Source: the human T2T-CHM13v2.0 reference genome, Homo sapiens. From it: a stretch of DNA of 64,000 bases. Below the pieces are notes generated by a model. It saw only the letters and a list, made by a program, of their open reading frames with translations. It had not been told where the DNA came from and did no database searches. Of the stretch, positions 1 to 12,500 are shown one piece after another. Location of the stretch: assembly GCF_009914755.1 (NCBI RefSeq), contig NC_060944.1; one strand, written 5' to 3'. The stretch's first letter is position 1. Every line of letters starts with the position of its first letter. The translations under genes were made by a program, and so were the position numbers.

Positions 1-970
1 AAAAAGAGTTTCAAAACTGCTCTACAAAAGAAAGGTTCAACTCTGTGAGTTGAATTCACACATCACAAAGAAGTTTCAGAGAATGCTTCTGTCTAGTTTT
101 TATGTGAAGATATTTCCTTTTACACCATAGGCCTCAAACCGCTCCAAATATCCACTTGCAGATTCTGCAAAAAGACTTTTTCAAAACTGCTCAATCAAAG
201 GAAAGCTCAACACTGTGAGTTGAATGCACACAACACAAACAAGTTTCTGAGAATGCTGCTGTCTAGTTTTTATGTGCGGATATTTCCTTTTCCAACATAG
301 GCATCAAAGCGCTCCAAATATCCAACTGCAGATTCTACAAAAAGAGTGTTTCAAAACTGCTCTATCAAAGAAAGGTTCAACTCTGTGAGTTGAATGCACA
401 CATCACAAAGACGTTTCTGAGAATGCTTCTGCTCTAGTTTTTTTGTGAAGGTGTTTCCTTTTTCACCGTAGGCCTCAAAGCGCTCCAAATATCCACTTGC
501 AGATTCTTCAGAAAGAGTGTTTCAAAACTGCTCAATCTTAGGAAAAGTTCAACTCTGTGAGTTGAATGCACACAACACAAAGAAGTTTCTGAGAATGCTT
601 CTGTCTAGTTTTTATGTGAAGATATTTCCTTTTACACCATAGGCCTCAAACTGCTCCAAATATCCACTTGTGGATTCTACAAAAAGACTATTTCAAAACT
701 GCTCAATCAAAGGAAAGGTTCAACTCTGTGAGCTGAATGCACACAACACAAACAAGTTTCTGAGAATGCTGCTGTCTAGATTTTATGTGCGGATATTTCG
801 TTTTCCACCATAGGCATCAAAGCGCTCCAAATATCCAACCGCAGATTGTACAAAAATAGTGTTTCAACACTGCTCTATCCAATAAAAAGGTTCAACTCTG
901 TGAGTTGAATGCACACATCACAACGAAGTTTCTGAGAATGCTTCTGCTCTAGTTTTTTTTGTGAAGGTGT

Positions 971-987
971 TTCCTTTTCCACCATAG
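971..987 (+). promoter_or_regulatory. Representative pJalpha (A-box) motif; this or a close variant occupies the box position of the HOR monomers
   Basis: TTCCTTTTCCACCATAG matches the pJalpha consensus TTCCTTTTYCACCRTAG. M2/M5 have TTTTACACC, M6 has TTCGTTTT, M1 has CATAAG. Confidence 0.8.
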
Positions 988-2734
988 GCCTCAAAGCGCT
1001 CCAAATATCCACTTTCAGATTCCTGAAAAAGAGTGTTTTAAAACTCCTCTATCAACATAAGTGTTGAACTCTGTGAGTTGAATGCACTCATCACAAAGAT
1101 ACTTCTGAGAATGCTTACGCCTAGTTTTTATGTGTAGGTATTTCCTTTTCCACCATAGGCCTCAAAGCACTCCAAATATCCACTTTCAGATTCTAGAAAA
1201 AGAGTGATTTAAAACTGCTGTATCCACAGAAAGGTTCGACTCTGTGAGTTGAATGCACTTATCACAAAGAAGTTTCTGAGAATGCTTCTGTCTAGTTTTT
1301 ATGTGAAGATATTTCCTTTTCCACCATAAGCCTCAAAGCACTCCAAATATCTACTTACAGATTCTACAAAAAGAGTTTCAAAACTGCTCTACAAAGGAAA
1401 GGTTCAACTCTGTGAGTTGAATTCACACATCACAAAGAAGTTTCAGAGAATGCTTCTGTCTAGTTTTTATGTGAAGATATTTCCTTTTACACCATAGGCC
1501 TCAAACCGCTCCAAATATCCACTTGCAGATTCTGCAAAAAGACATTTTCAAAACTGCTCAATCAAAGGAAAGCTCAACTCTGTGAGTTGAATGCACACAA
1601 CACAAACAAGTTTCTGAGAATGCTGCTGTCTAGTTTTTATGGGCGGATATTTCCTTTTCCACCATATGCATCAAAGCGCTCCAAATATCCAACTGCAGAT
1701 TCTACAAAAAGAGTGTTTCAAAACTGCTCTATCAAAGAAAGGTTCAACTCTGTGAGTTGAATGCACACATCACAAAGACGTTTCTGAGAATGCTTCTGCT
1801 CTAGTTTTTTTGTGAAGGTGTTTCCTTTTCCACCATAGGCCTCAAAGCGCTCCAAATATCCACTTGCAGATTCTTCAGAAAGAGTGTTTCAAAACTGCTC
1901 AATCATAGGAAAAGTTCAACTCTGTGAGTTGAATGCACACACCACAAAGAAGTTTCTGAGAATGCTTCTGTCTAGTTTTTATGTGAAGATATTTCCTTTT
2001 ACACCATAGGCCTCAAACTGCTCCAAATATCCACTTGTGGATTCTACAAAAAGACTATTTCAAAACTGCTCAATCAAAGGAAAGGTTCAACTCTGTGAGC
2101 TGAATGCACACAACACAAACAAGTTTCTGAGAATGCTGCTGTCTAGATTTCATGTGCGGATATTTCGTTTTCCACCATAGGCATCAAAGCGCTCCAAATA
2201 TCCAACCGCAGATTGTACAAAAATAGTGTTTCAAAACAGCTCTATCAAATAAAAAGGTTCAACTCTGTGAGTTGAATGCACACATCACAACGAAGTTTCT
2301 GAGAATGCTTCTGCTCTAGTTTTTTTTGTGAAGGTGTTTCCTTTTCCACCATAGGCCTCAAAGCGCTCCAAATATCCACTTTCAGATTACTGAAAAAGAG
2401 TGTTTTAAAACTCCTCTATCAATTTAAGTTTTCAACTCTGTGAGTTGAATGCACTCATCACAAAGATACTTCTGAGAATGCTTACGCCTAGTTTTTATGT
2501 GTAGGTATTTCCTTTTCCACCATATGCCTCAAAGCACTCCAAATATCCACTTTCAGATTCTAGAAAAAGAGTGATTTAAAACTGCTCTATCAACAGAAAG
2601 GTTCGACTCTGTGAGTTGAATGCACTTATCACAAAGAAGTTTCTGAGAATGCTTCTGTCTAGTTTTTATGTGAAGATATTTCCTTTTCCACCATAAGCCT
2701 CAAAGCGCTCCAAATATCTACTTACAGATTCTAC

Positions 2735-3585
2735 AAAAAGAGTTTCAAAACTGCTCTACAAAAGAAAGGTTCAACTCTGTGAGTTGAATTCACACATTAC
2801 AAAGAAGTTTCAGAGAATGCTTCTGTCTAGTTTTTATGTGAAGATATTTCCTTTTACACCATAGGCCTCAAACCGCTCCAAACATCCACTTGCAGATTCT
2901 GCAAAAAGACTTTTTCAAAACTGCTCAATCAAAGGAAAGCTCAACTCTGTGAGTTGAATGCACAGAACACAAACAAGTTTGTGAGAATGCTGCTGTCTAG
3001 TTTTTATGGGCGGATATTTCCTTTTCCACCATAGGCATCAAAGCGCTCCAAATATCCAACTGCAGATTCTACAAAAAGAGTGTTTCAAAACTGCTCTATC
3101 AAAGAAAGGTTCAACTCTGTGAGTTGAATGCACACATCACAAAGACGTTTCTGAGAATGCTTCTGCTCTAGTTTTTTTTGTGAAGGTGTTTCCTTTTCCA
3201 CCATAGGCCTCAAAGCGCTCCAAATATCCACTTTCAGATTCCTGAAAAAGAGTGTTTTAAAACTCCTCTATCAACATAAGTGTTCAACTCTGTGAGTTGA
3301 ATGCACTCATCACAAAGATACTTCTGAGAATGCTTACGCCTAGTTTTATGTGTAGGTATTACCTTTTCCACCATAGGCCTCAAAGCACTCCAAATATCCC
3401 CTTTCAGATTCTAGAAAAAGAGTGATTTAAAACTGCTCTATCAACAGAAACGTTCGACTCTGTGAGTTGAATGCACTTATCACAAAGAAGTTTCTGAGAA
3501 TGCTTCTGTCTAGTTTTTATGTGAAGATATTTCCTTTTCCAACATAAGCCTCAAAGCGCTCCAAATATCTACTTACAGATTCTAC
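2735..3585. repeat. 5-mer HOR deletion variant (M1-M2-M3-M7-M8)
   Basis: 851 bp between M1 markers. M3 (ACAAAGACGTTT) is followed directly by M7 (TTCAGATTCCTGAAAA); junction at ~3150-3230. Confidence 0.9.
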
Positions 3586-6500
3586 AAAAAGAGTTTCAAA
3601 ACTGCTCTACAAAAGAAAGGTTCAACTCTGTGAGTTGAATTCACACATCACAAAGAAGTTTCAGAGAATGCTTCTGTCTAGTTTTTATGTGAAGATATTT
3701 CCTTTTACACCATAGGCCTCAAACCGCTCCAAATATCCACTTGCAGGTTCTGCAAAAAGACTTTTTCAAAACTGCTCAATCAAAGGAAAGCTCAACACTG
3801 TGAGTTGAATGCACACAACACAAACAAGTTTCTGAGAATGCTGCTGTCTAGTTTTTATGTGCGGATATTTCCTTTTCCAACATAGGCATCAAAGCGCTCC
3901 AAATATCCAACTGCAGATTCTACAAAAAGAGTGTTTCAAAACTGCTCTATCAAAGAAAGGTTCAACTCTGTGAGTTGAATGCACACATCACAAAGACGTT
4001 TCTGAGAATGCTTCTGCTCTAGTTTTTTTGTGAAGGTGTTTCCTTTTCCACCATAGGCCTCAAAGCGCTCCAAATATCCACTTGCAGATTCTTCAGAAAG
4101 AGTGTTTCAAAACTGCTCAATCATAGGAAAAGTTCAACTCTGTGAGTTGAATGCACACAACACAAAGAAGTTTCTGAGAATGCTTCTGTCTAGTTTTTAT
4201 GTGAAGATATTTCCTTTTACACCATAGGCCTCAAACTGCTCCAAATATCCACTTGTGGATTCTACAAAAAGGCTATTTCAAAACTGCTCAATCAAAGGAA
4301 AGGTTCAACTCTGTGAGCTGAATGCACACAACACAAACAAGTTTCTGAGAATGCTGCTGTCTAGATTTTATGTGCGGATATTTCGTTTTCCACCATAGGC
4401 ATCAAAGCGCTCCAAATATCCAACCGCAGATTGTACAAAAATAGTGTTTCAACACTGCTCTATCCAATAAAAAGGTTCAACTCTGTGAGTTGAATGCACA
4501 CATCACAACGAAGTTTCTGAGAATGCTTCTGCTCTAGTTTTTTTTGTGAAGGTGTTTCCTTTTCCACCATAGGCCTCAAAGCGCTCCAAATATCCACTTT
4601 CAGATTCCTGAAAAAGAGTGTTTTAAAACTCCTCTATCAACATAAGTGTTGAACTCTGTGAGTTGAATGCACTCATCACAAAGATACTTCTAAGAATGCT
4701 TACGCCTAGTTTTTATGTGTAGGTATTTCCTTTTCCACCATAGGCCTCAAAGCACTCCAAATATCCACTTTCAGATTCTAGAAAAAGAGTGATTTAAAAC
4801 TGCTCTATCCACAGAAAGGTTCGACTCTGTGAGTTGAATGCACTTATCACAAAGAAGTTTCTGAGAATGCTTCTGTCTAGTTTTTATGTGAAGATATTTC
4901 CTTTTCCACCATAAGCCTCAAAGCACTCCAAATATCTACTTACAGATTCTACAAAAAGAGTTTCAAAACTGCTCTACAAAAGAAAGGTTCAACTCTGTGA
5001 GTTGAATTCACGCATCACAAAGAAGTTTCAGAGAATGCTTCTGTCTAGTTTTTATGTGAAGATATTTCCTTTTACACCATAGGCCTCAAACTGCTCCAAA
5101 TATCCACTTGCAGATTCTGCAAAAAGACATTTTCAAAACTGCTCAATCAAAGGAAAGCTCAACTCTGTGAGTTGAATGCACACAACTCAAACAAGTTTCT
5201 GAGAATGCTGCTGTCTAGTTTTTATGGGCGGATATTTCCTTTTCCACCATATGCATCAAAGCGCTCCAAATATCCAACTGCAGATTGTACAAAAAGAGTG
5301 TTTCAAAACTGGTCTATCAAAGAAAGGTTCAACTCTGTGAGTTGAATGCACACATCACAAAGACGTTTCTGAGAATGCTTCTGCTCTAGTTTTTTTGTGA
5401 AGGTGTTTCCTTTTCCACCATAGGCCTCAAAGCGCTCCAAATATCCACTTGCAGATTCTTCAGAAAGAGTGTTTCAAAACTGCTCAATCATAGGAAAAGT
5501 TCAACTCTGTGAGTTGAATGCACACACCACAAAGAAGTTTCTGAGAATGCTTCTGTCTAGTTTTTATGTGAAGATATTTCCTTTTACACCATAGGCCTCA
5601 AACTGCTCCAAATATCCACTTGTGGATTCTACAAAAAGACTATTTCAAAACTGCTCAATCAAAGGAAAGGTTCAACTCTGTGAGCTGAATGCACACAACA
5701 CAAACAAGTTTCTGAGAATGCTGCTGTCTAGATTTCATGTGCGGATATTTCGTTTTCCACCATAGGCATCAAAGCGCTCCAAATATCCAACCGCAGATTG
5801 TACAAAAATAGTGTTTCAAAACAGCTCTATCAAATAAAAAGGTTCAACTCTGTGAGTTGAATGCACACATCACAACGAAGTTTCTGAGAATGCTTCTGCT
5901 CTAGTTTTTTTTGTGAAGGTGTTTCCTTTTCCACCATAGGCCTCAAAGCGCTCCAAATATCCACTTTCAGATTCCTGAAAAAGAGTGTTTTAAAACTCCT
6001 CTATCAATTTAAGTTTTCAACTCTGTGAGTTGAATGCACTCATCACAAAGATACTTCTGAGAATGCTTACGCCTAGTTTTTATGTGTAGGTATTTCCTTT
6101 TCCACCATAAGCCTCAAAGCACTCCAATTATCCACTTTCAGATTCTAGAAAAAGAGTGATTTAAAACTGCTCTATCAACAGAAAGGTTCGACTCTGTGAG
6201 TTGAATGCACTTATCACAAAGAAGTTTCTGAGAATGCTTCTGTCTAGTTTTTATGTGAAGATATTTCCTTTTCCACCATAAGCCTCAAAGCGCTCCAAAT
6301 ATCTACTTACAGATTCTACAAAAAGAGTTTCAAAACTGCTCTACAAAAGAAAGGTTCAACTCTGTGAGTTGAATTCACACATCACAAAGAAGTTTCAGAG
6401 AATGCTTCTGTCTAGTTTTTATGTGAAGATATTTCCTTTTACACCATAGGCCTCAAACCGCTCCAAATATCCACTTGCAGATTCTGCAAAAAGACTTTTT

Positions 6501-9500
6501 CAAAACTGCTCAATCAAAGGAAAGCTCAACTCTGTGAGTTGAATGCACACAACACAAAAAAGTTTCTGAGAATGCTGCTGTCTAGTTTTTATGGGCGGAT
6601 ATTTCCTTTTCCACCATAGGCATCAAAGCGCTCCAAATATCCAACTGCAGATTCTACAAAAAGAGTGTTTCAAAACTGCTCTATCAAAGAAAGGTTCAAC
6701 TCTGTGAGTTGAATGCACACATCACAAAGACGTTTCTGAGAATGCTTCTGCTCTAGTTTTTTTGTGAAGGTGTTTCCTTTTCCACCATAGGCCTGAAAGC
6801 GTTCCAAATATCCACTTGCAGATACTTCAGAAAGAGTGTTTCAAAACTGCTCAATCATAGGAAAAGTTCAACTCTGTGAGTTGAATGCACACACCACAAA
6901 GAAGTTTCTGAGAATGCTTCTGTCTAGTTTTTATGTGAAGATATTTCCTTTTACACCATAGGCCTCAAACTGCTCCAAATATCCACTTGTGGATTCTACA
7001 AAACGACTATTTCAAAACTGCTCAGTCAAAGGAAAGGTTCAACTCTGTGAGCTGAATGCACACAACACAAACAAGTTTCTGAGAATGCTGCTGTCTAGAT
7101 TTTATGTGCGGATATTTCGTTTTCCACCATAGGCATCAAAGCGCTCCAAATATCCAACCGCAGATTGTACAAAAATAGTGTTTCAAAACTGCTCTATCAA
7201 ATAAAAAGTTTCAACTCTGTGAGTTGAATGCACACATCACAACGAAGTTTCTGAGAATGCTTCTGCTCTAGTTTTTTCTGTGAAGGTGTTTCCTTTTCCA
7301 CCATAGGCCTCAAAGCGCTCCAAATATCCACTTTCAGATTCCTGAAAAAGAGTGTTTTAAAACTCCTCTATCAACATAAGTGTTCAACTCTGTGAGTTGA
7401 ATGCACTCATCACAAAGATATTTCTGAGAATGCTTACGCCTAGTTTTTATGTGTAGGTATTTCCTTTTCCACCATAGGCCTCAAAGCACTCCAAATATCC
7501 ACTTTCAGATTCTAGAAAAAGAGTGATTTAAAACTGCTCTATCAACAGAAAGGATCGACTCTGTGAGTTAAATGCACTTATCACAAAGAAGTTTCTGAGA
7601 ATGCTTCTGTCTAGTTTTTATGTGAAGATATTTCCTTTTCCACCATAAGCCTCAAAGCACTCCAAATATCTACTTACAGATTCTACAAAAAGAGTTTCAA
7701 AACTGCCCTACAAAAGAAAGGTTCAACTCTGTGAGTTGAATTCACACATCACAAAGAAGTTTCAGAGAATGCTTCTGTCTAGTTTTTATGTGAAGATATT
7801 TCCTTTTCCACCATAGGCCTCAAACCGCTCCAAATATCCACTTGCAGGTTCTGCAAAAAGACTTTTTCAAAACTGCTCAATCAAAGGAAAGCTCAACACT
7901 GTGAGTTGAATGCACACAACACAAACAAGTTTCTGAGAATGCTGCTGTCTAGTTTTTATGTGCGGATATTTCCTTTTCCAACATAGGCATCAAAGCGCTC
8001 CAAATATCCAACTGCAGATTCTACAAAAAGAGTGTTTCAAAACTGCTCTATCAAAGAAAGGTTCAACTCTGTGAGTTGAATGCACACATCACAAAGACGT
8101 TTCTGAGAATGCTTCTGCTCTAGTTTTTTTGTGAAGGTGTTTCCTTTTCCACCATAGGCCTCAAAGCGCTCCAAATATCCACTTGCAGATTCTTCAGAAA
8201 CAGTGTTTCAAAACTGCTCAATCATAGGAAAAGTTCAACTCTGTGAGTTGAATGCACACAACACAAAGAAGTTTCTGAGAATGCTTCTGTCTAGTTTTTA
8301 TGTGAAGATATTTCCTTTTACACCATAGGCCTCAAACTGCTCCAAATATCCACTTGTGGATTCTACAAAAAGGCTATTTCAAAACTGCTCAATCAAAGGA
8401 AAGGTTCAACTCTGTGAGCTGAATGCACACAACACAAACAAGTTTCTGAGAATGCTGCTGTCTAGATTTTATGTGCGGATATTTCGTTTTCCACCATAGG
8501 CATCAAAGCGCTCCAAATATCCAACCGCAGATTGTACAAAAATAGTGTTTCAACACTGCTCTATCCAATAAAAAGGTTCAACTCTGTGAGTTGAATGCAC
8601 ACATCACAACGAAGTTTCTGAGAATGCTTCTGCTCTAGTTTTTTTTGTGAAGGTGTTTCCTTTTCCACCATAGGCCTCAAAGCGCTCCAAATATCCACTT
8701 TCAGATTCCTGAAAAAGAGTGTTTTAAAACTCCTCTATCAACATAAGTGTTGAACTCTGTGAGTTGAATGCACTCATCACAAAGATACTTCTGAGAATGC
8801 TTACGCCTAGTTTTTATGTGTAGGTATTTCCTTTTCCACCATAGGCCTCAAAGCACTCCAAATATCCACTTTCAGATTCTAGAAATAGAGTGATTTAAAA
8901 CTGCTCTATCCACAGAAAGGTTCGACTCTGTGAGTTGAATGCACTTATCACAAAGAAGTTTCTGAGAATGCTTCTGTCTAGTTTTTATGTGAAGATATTT
9001 CCTTTTCCACCATAAGCCTCAAAGCACTCCAAATATCTACTTACAGATTCTACAAAAAGAGTTTCAAAACTGCTCTACAAAAGAAAGGTTCAACTCTGTG
9101 AGTTGAATTCACACATCACAAAGAAGTTTCAGAGAATGCTTCTGTCTAGTTTTTATGTGAAGATATTTCCTTTTACACCATAGGCCTCAAACTGCTCCAA
9201 ATATCCACTTGCAGATTCTGCAAAAAGACGTTTTCAAAACTGCTCAATCAAAGGAAAGCTCAACTCTGTGAGTTAAATGCACACAACACAAACAAGTTTC
9301 TGAGAATGCTGCTGTCTAGTTTTTATGGGCGGATATTTCCTTTTCCACCATATGCATCAAAGCGCTCCAAATATCCAACTGCAGATTCTACAAAAAGAGT
9401 GTTTCAAAACTGCTCTATCAAAGAAAGGTTCAACTCTGTGAGTTGAATGCACACATCACAAAGACGTTTCTGAGAATGCTTCTGCTCTAGTTTTTTTGTG

Positions 9501-12500
9501 AAGGTGTTTCCTTTTCCACCATAGGCCTCAAAGCGCTCCAAATATCCACTTGCAGATTCTTCAGAAAGAGTGTTTCAAAACTGCTCAATCATAGGAAAAG
9601 TTCAACTCTGTGAGTTGAATGCACACACCACAAAGAAGTTTCTGAGAATGCTTCTGTCTAGTTTTTATGTGAAGATATTTCCTTTTACACCATAGGCCTC
9701 AAACTGCTCCAAATATCCACTTGTGGATTCTACAAAAAGACTATTTCAAAACTGCTCAATCAAAGGAAAGGTTCAACTCTGTGAGCTGAATGCACACAAC
9801 ACAAACAAGTTTCTGAGAATGCTGCTGTCTAGATTTCATATGCGGATATTTCGTTTTCCACCATAGGCATCAAAGCGCTCCAAATATCCAACCGCAGATT
9901 GTACAAAAATAGTGTTTCAAAACAGCTCTATCAAATAAAAAGGTTCAACTCTGTGAGTTGAATGCACACATCACAACGAAGTTTCTGAGAATGCTTCTGC
10001 TCTAGTTTTTTTTGTGAAGGTGTTTCCTTTTCCACCATAGGCCTCAAAGCGCTCCAAATATCCACTTTCAGATTCCTGAAAAAGAGTGTTTTAAAACTCC
10101 TCTATCAATTTAAGTTTTCAACTCTGTGAGTTGAATGCACTCATCACAAAGATACTTCTGAGAATGCTTACGCCTAGTTTTTATGTGTAGGTATTTCCTT
10201 TTCCACCATAAGCCTCAAAGCACTCCAATTATCCACTTTCAGATTCTAGAAAAAGAGTGATTTAAAACTGCTCTATCAACAGAAAGGTTCGACTCTGTGA
10301 GTTGAATGCACTTATCACAAAGAAGTTTCTGAGAATGCTTCTGTCTAGTTTTTATGTGAAGATATTTCCTTTTCCACCATAAGCCTCAAAGCGCTCCAAA
10401 TATCTACTTACAGATTCTACAAAAAGAGTTTCAAAACTGCTCTACAAAAGAAAGGTTCAACTCTGTGAGTTGAATTCACACATCACAAAGAAGTTTCAGA
10501 GAATGCTTCTGTCTAGTTTTTATGTGAAGATATTTCCTTTTACACCATAGGCCTCAAACCGCTCCAAATATCCACTTGCAGATTCTGCAAAAAGACTTTT
10601 TCAAAACTGCTCAATCAAAGGAAAGCTCAACTCTGTGAGTTGAATGCACACAACACAAAAAAGTTTCTGAGAATGCTGCTGTCTAGTTTTTATGGGCGGA
10701 TATTTCCTTTTCCACCATAGGCATCAAAGCGCTCCAAATATCCAACTGCAGATTCTACAAAAAGAGTGTTTCAAAACTGCTCTATCAAAGAAAGGTTCAA
10801 CTCTGTGAGTTGAATGCACACATCACAAAGACGTTTCTGAGAATGCTTCTGCTCTAGTTTTTTTGTGAAGGTGTTTCCTTTTCCACCATAGGCCTGAAAG
10901 CATTCCAAATATCCACTTGCAGATACTTCAGAAAGAGTGTTTCAAAACTGCTCAATCATAGGAAAAGTTCAACTCTGTGAGTTGAATGCACACACCACAA
11001 AGAAGTTTCTGAGAATGCTTCTGTCTAGTTTTTATGTGAAGATATTTCCTTTTACACCATAGGCCTCAAACTGCTCCAAATATCCACTTGTGGATTCTAC
11101 AAAACGACTATTTCAAAACTGCTCAGTCAAAGGAAAGGTTCAACTCTGTGAGCTGAATGCACACAACACAAACAAGTTTCTGAGAATGCTGCTGTCTAGA
11201 TTTTATGTGCGGATATTTCGTTTTCCACCATAGGCATCAAAGCGCTCCAAATATCCAACCGCAGATTGTACAAAAATAGTGTTTCAAAACTGCTCTATCA
11301 AATAAAAAGTTTCAACTCTGTGAGTTGAATGCACACATCACAACGAAGTTTCTGAGAATGCTTCTGCTCTAGTTTTTTCTGTGAAGGTGTTTCCTTTTCC
11401 ACCATAGGCCTCAAAGCGCTCCAAATATCCACTTTCAGATTCCTGAAAAAGAGTGTTTTAAAACTCCTCTATCAACATAAGTGTTCAACTCTGTGAGTTG
11501 AATGCACTCATCACAAAGATATTTCTGAGAATGCTTACGCCTAGTTTTTATGTGTAGGTATTTCCTTTTCCACCATAGGCCTCAAAGCACTCCAAATATC
11601 CACTTTCAGATTCTAGAAAAAGAGTGATTTAAAACTGCTCTATCAACAGAAAGGATCGACTCTGTGAGTTAAATGCACTTATCACAAAGAAGTTTCTGAG
11701 AATGCTTCTGTCTAGTTTTTATGTGAAGATATTTCCTTTTCCACCATAAGCCTCAAAGCACTCCAAATATCTACTTACAGATTCTACAAAAAGAGTTTCA
11801 AAACTGCCCTACAAAAGAAAGGTTCAACTCTGTGAGTTGAATTCACACATCACAAAGAAGTTTCAGAGAATGCTTCTGTCTAGTTTTTATGTGAAGATAT
11901 TTCCTTTTACACCATAGGCCTCAAACCGCTCCAAATATCCACTTGCAGGTTCTGCAAAAAGACTTTTTCAAAACTGCTCAATCAAAGGAAAGCTCAACAC
12001 TGTGAGTTGAATGCACACAACACAAACAAGTTTCTGAGAATGCTGCTGTCTAGTTTTTATGTGCGGATATTTCCTTTTCCAACATAGGCATCAAAGCGCT
12101 CCAAATATCCAACTGCAGATTCTACAAAAAGAGTGTTTCAAAACTGGTCTATCAAAGAAAGGTTCAACTCTGTGAGTTGAATGCACACATCACAAAGACG
12201 TTTCTGAGAATGCTTCTGCTCTAGTTTTTTTGTGAAGGTGTTTCCTTTTCCACCATAGGCCTCAAAGCGCTCCAAATATCCACTTGCAGATTCTTCAGAA
12301 AGAGTGTTTCAAAACTGCTCAATCATAGGAAAAGTTCAACTCTGTGAGTTGAATGCACACAACACAAAGAAGTTTCTGAGAATGCTTCTGTCTAGTTTTT
12401 ATGTGAAGATATTTCCTTTTACACCATAGGCCTCAAACTGCTCCAAATATCCACTTGTGGATTCTACAAAAAGGCTATTTCAAAACTGCTCAATCAAAGG

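Noticed and set aside
796-930. TTCG-containing motifs in M6 (TTTCGTTTTCC; CAACGAAG) as candidate CENP-B boxes
   Set aside because: Both lack the essential A and CGGG positions of nTTCGnnnnAnnCGGGn.
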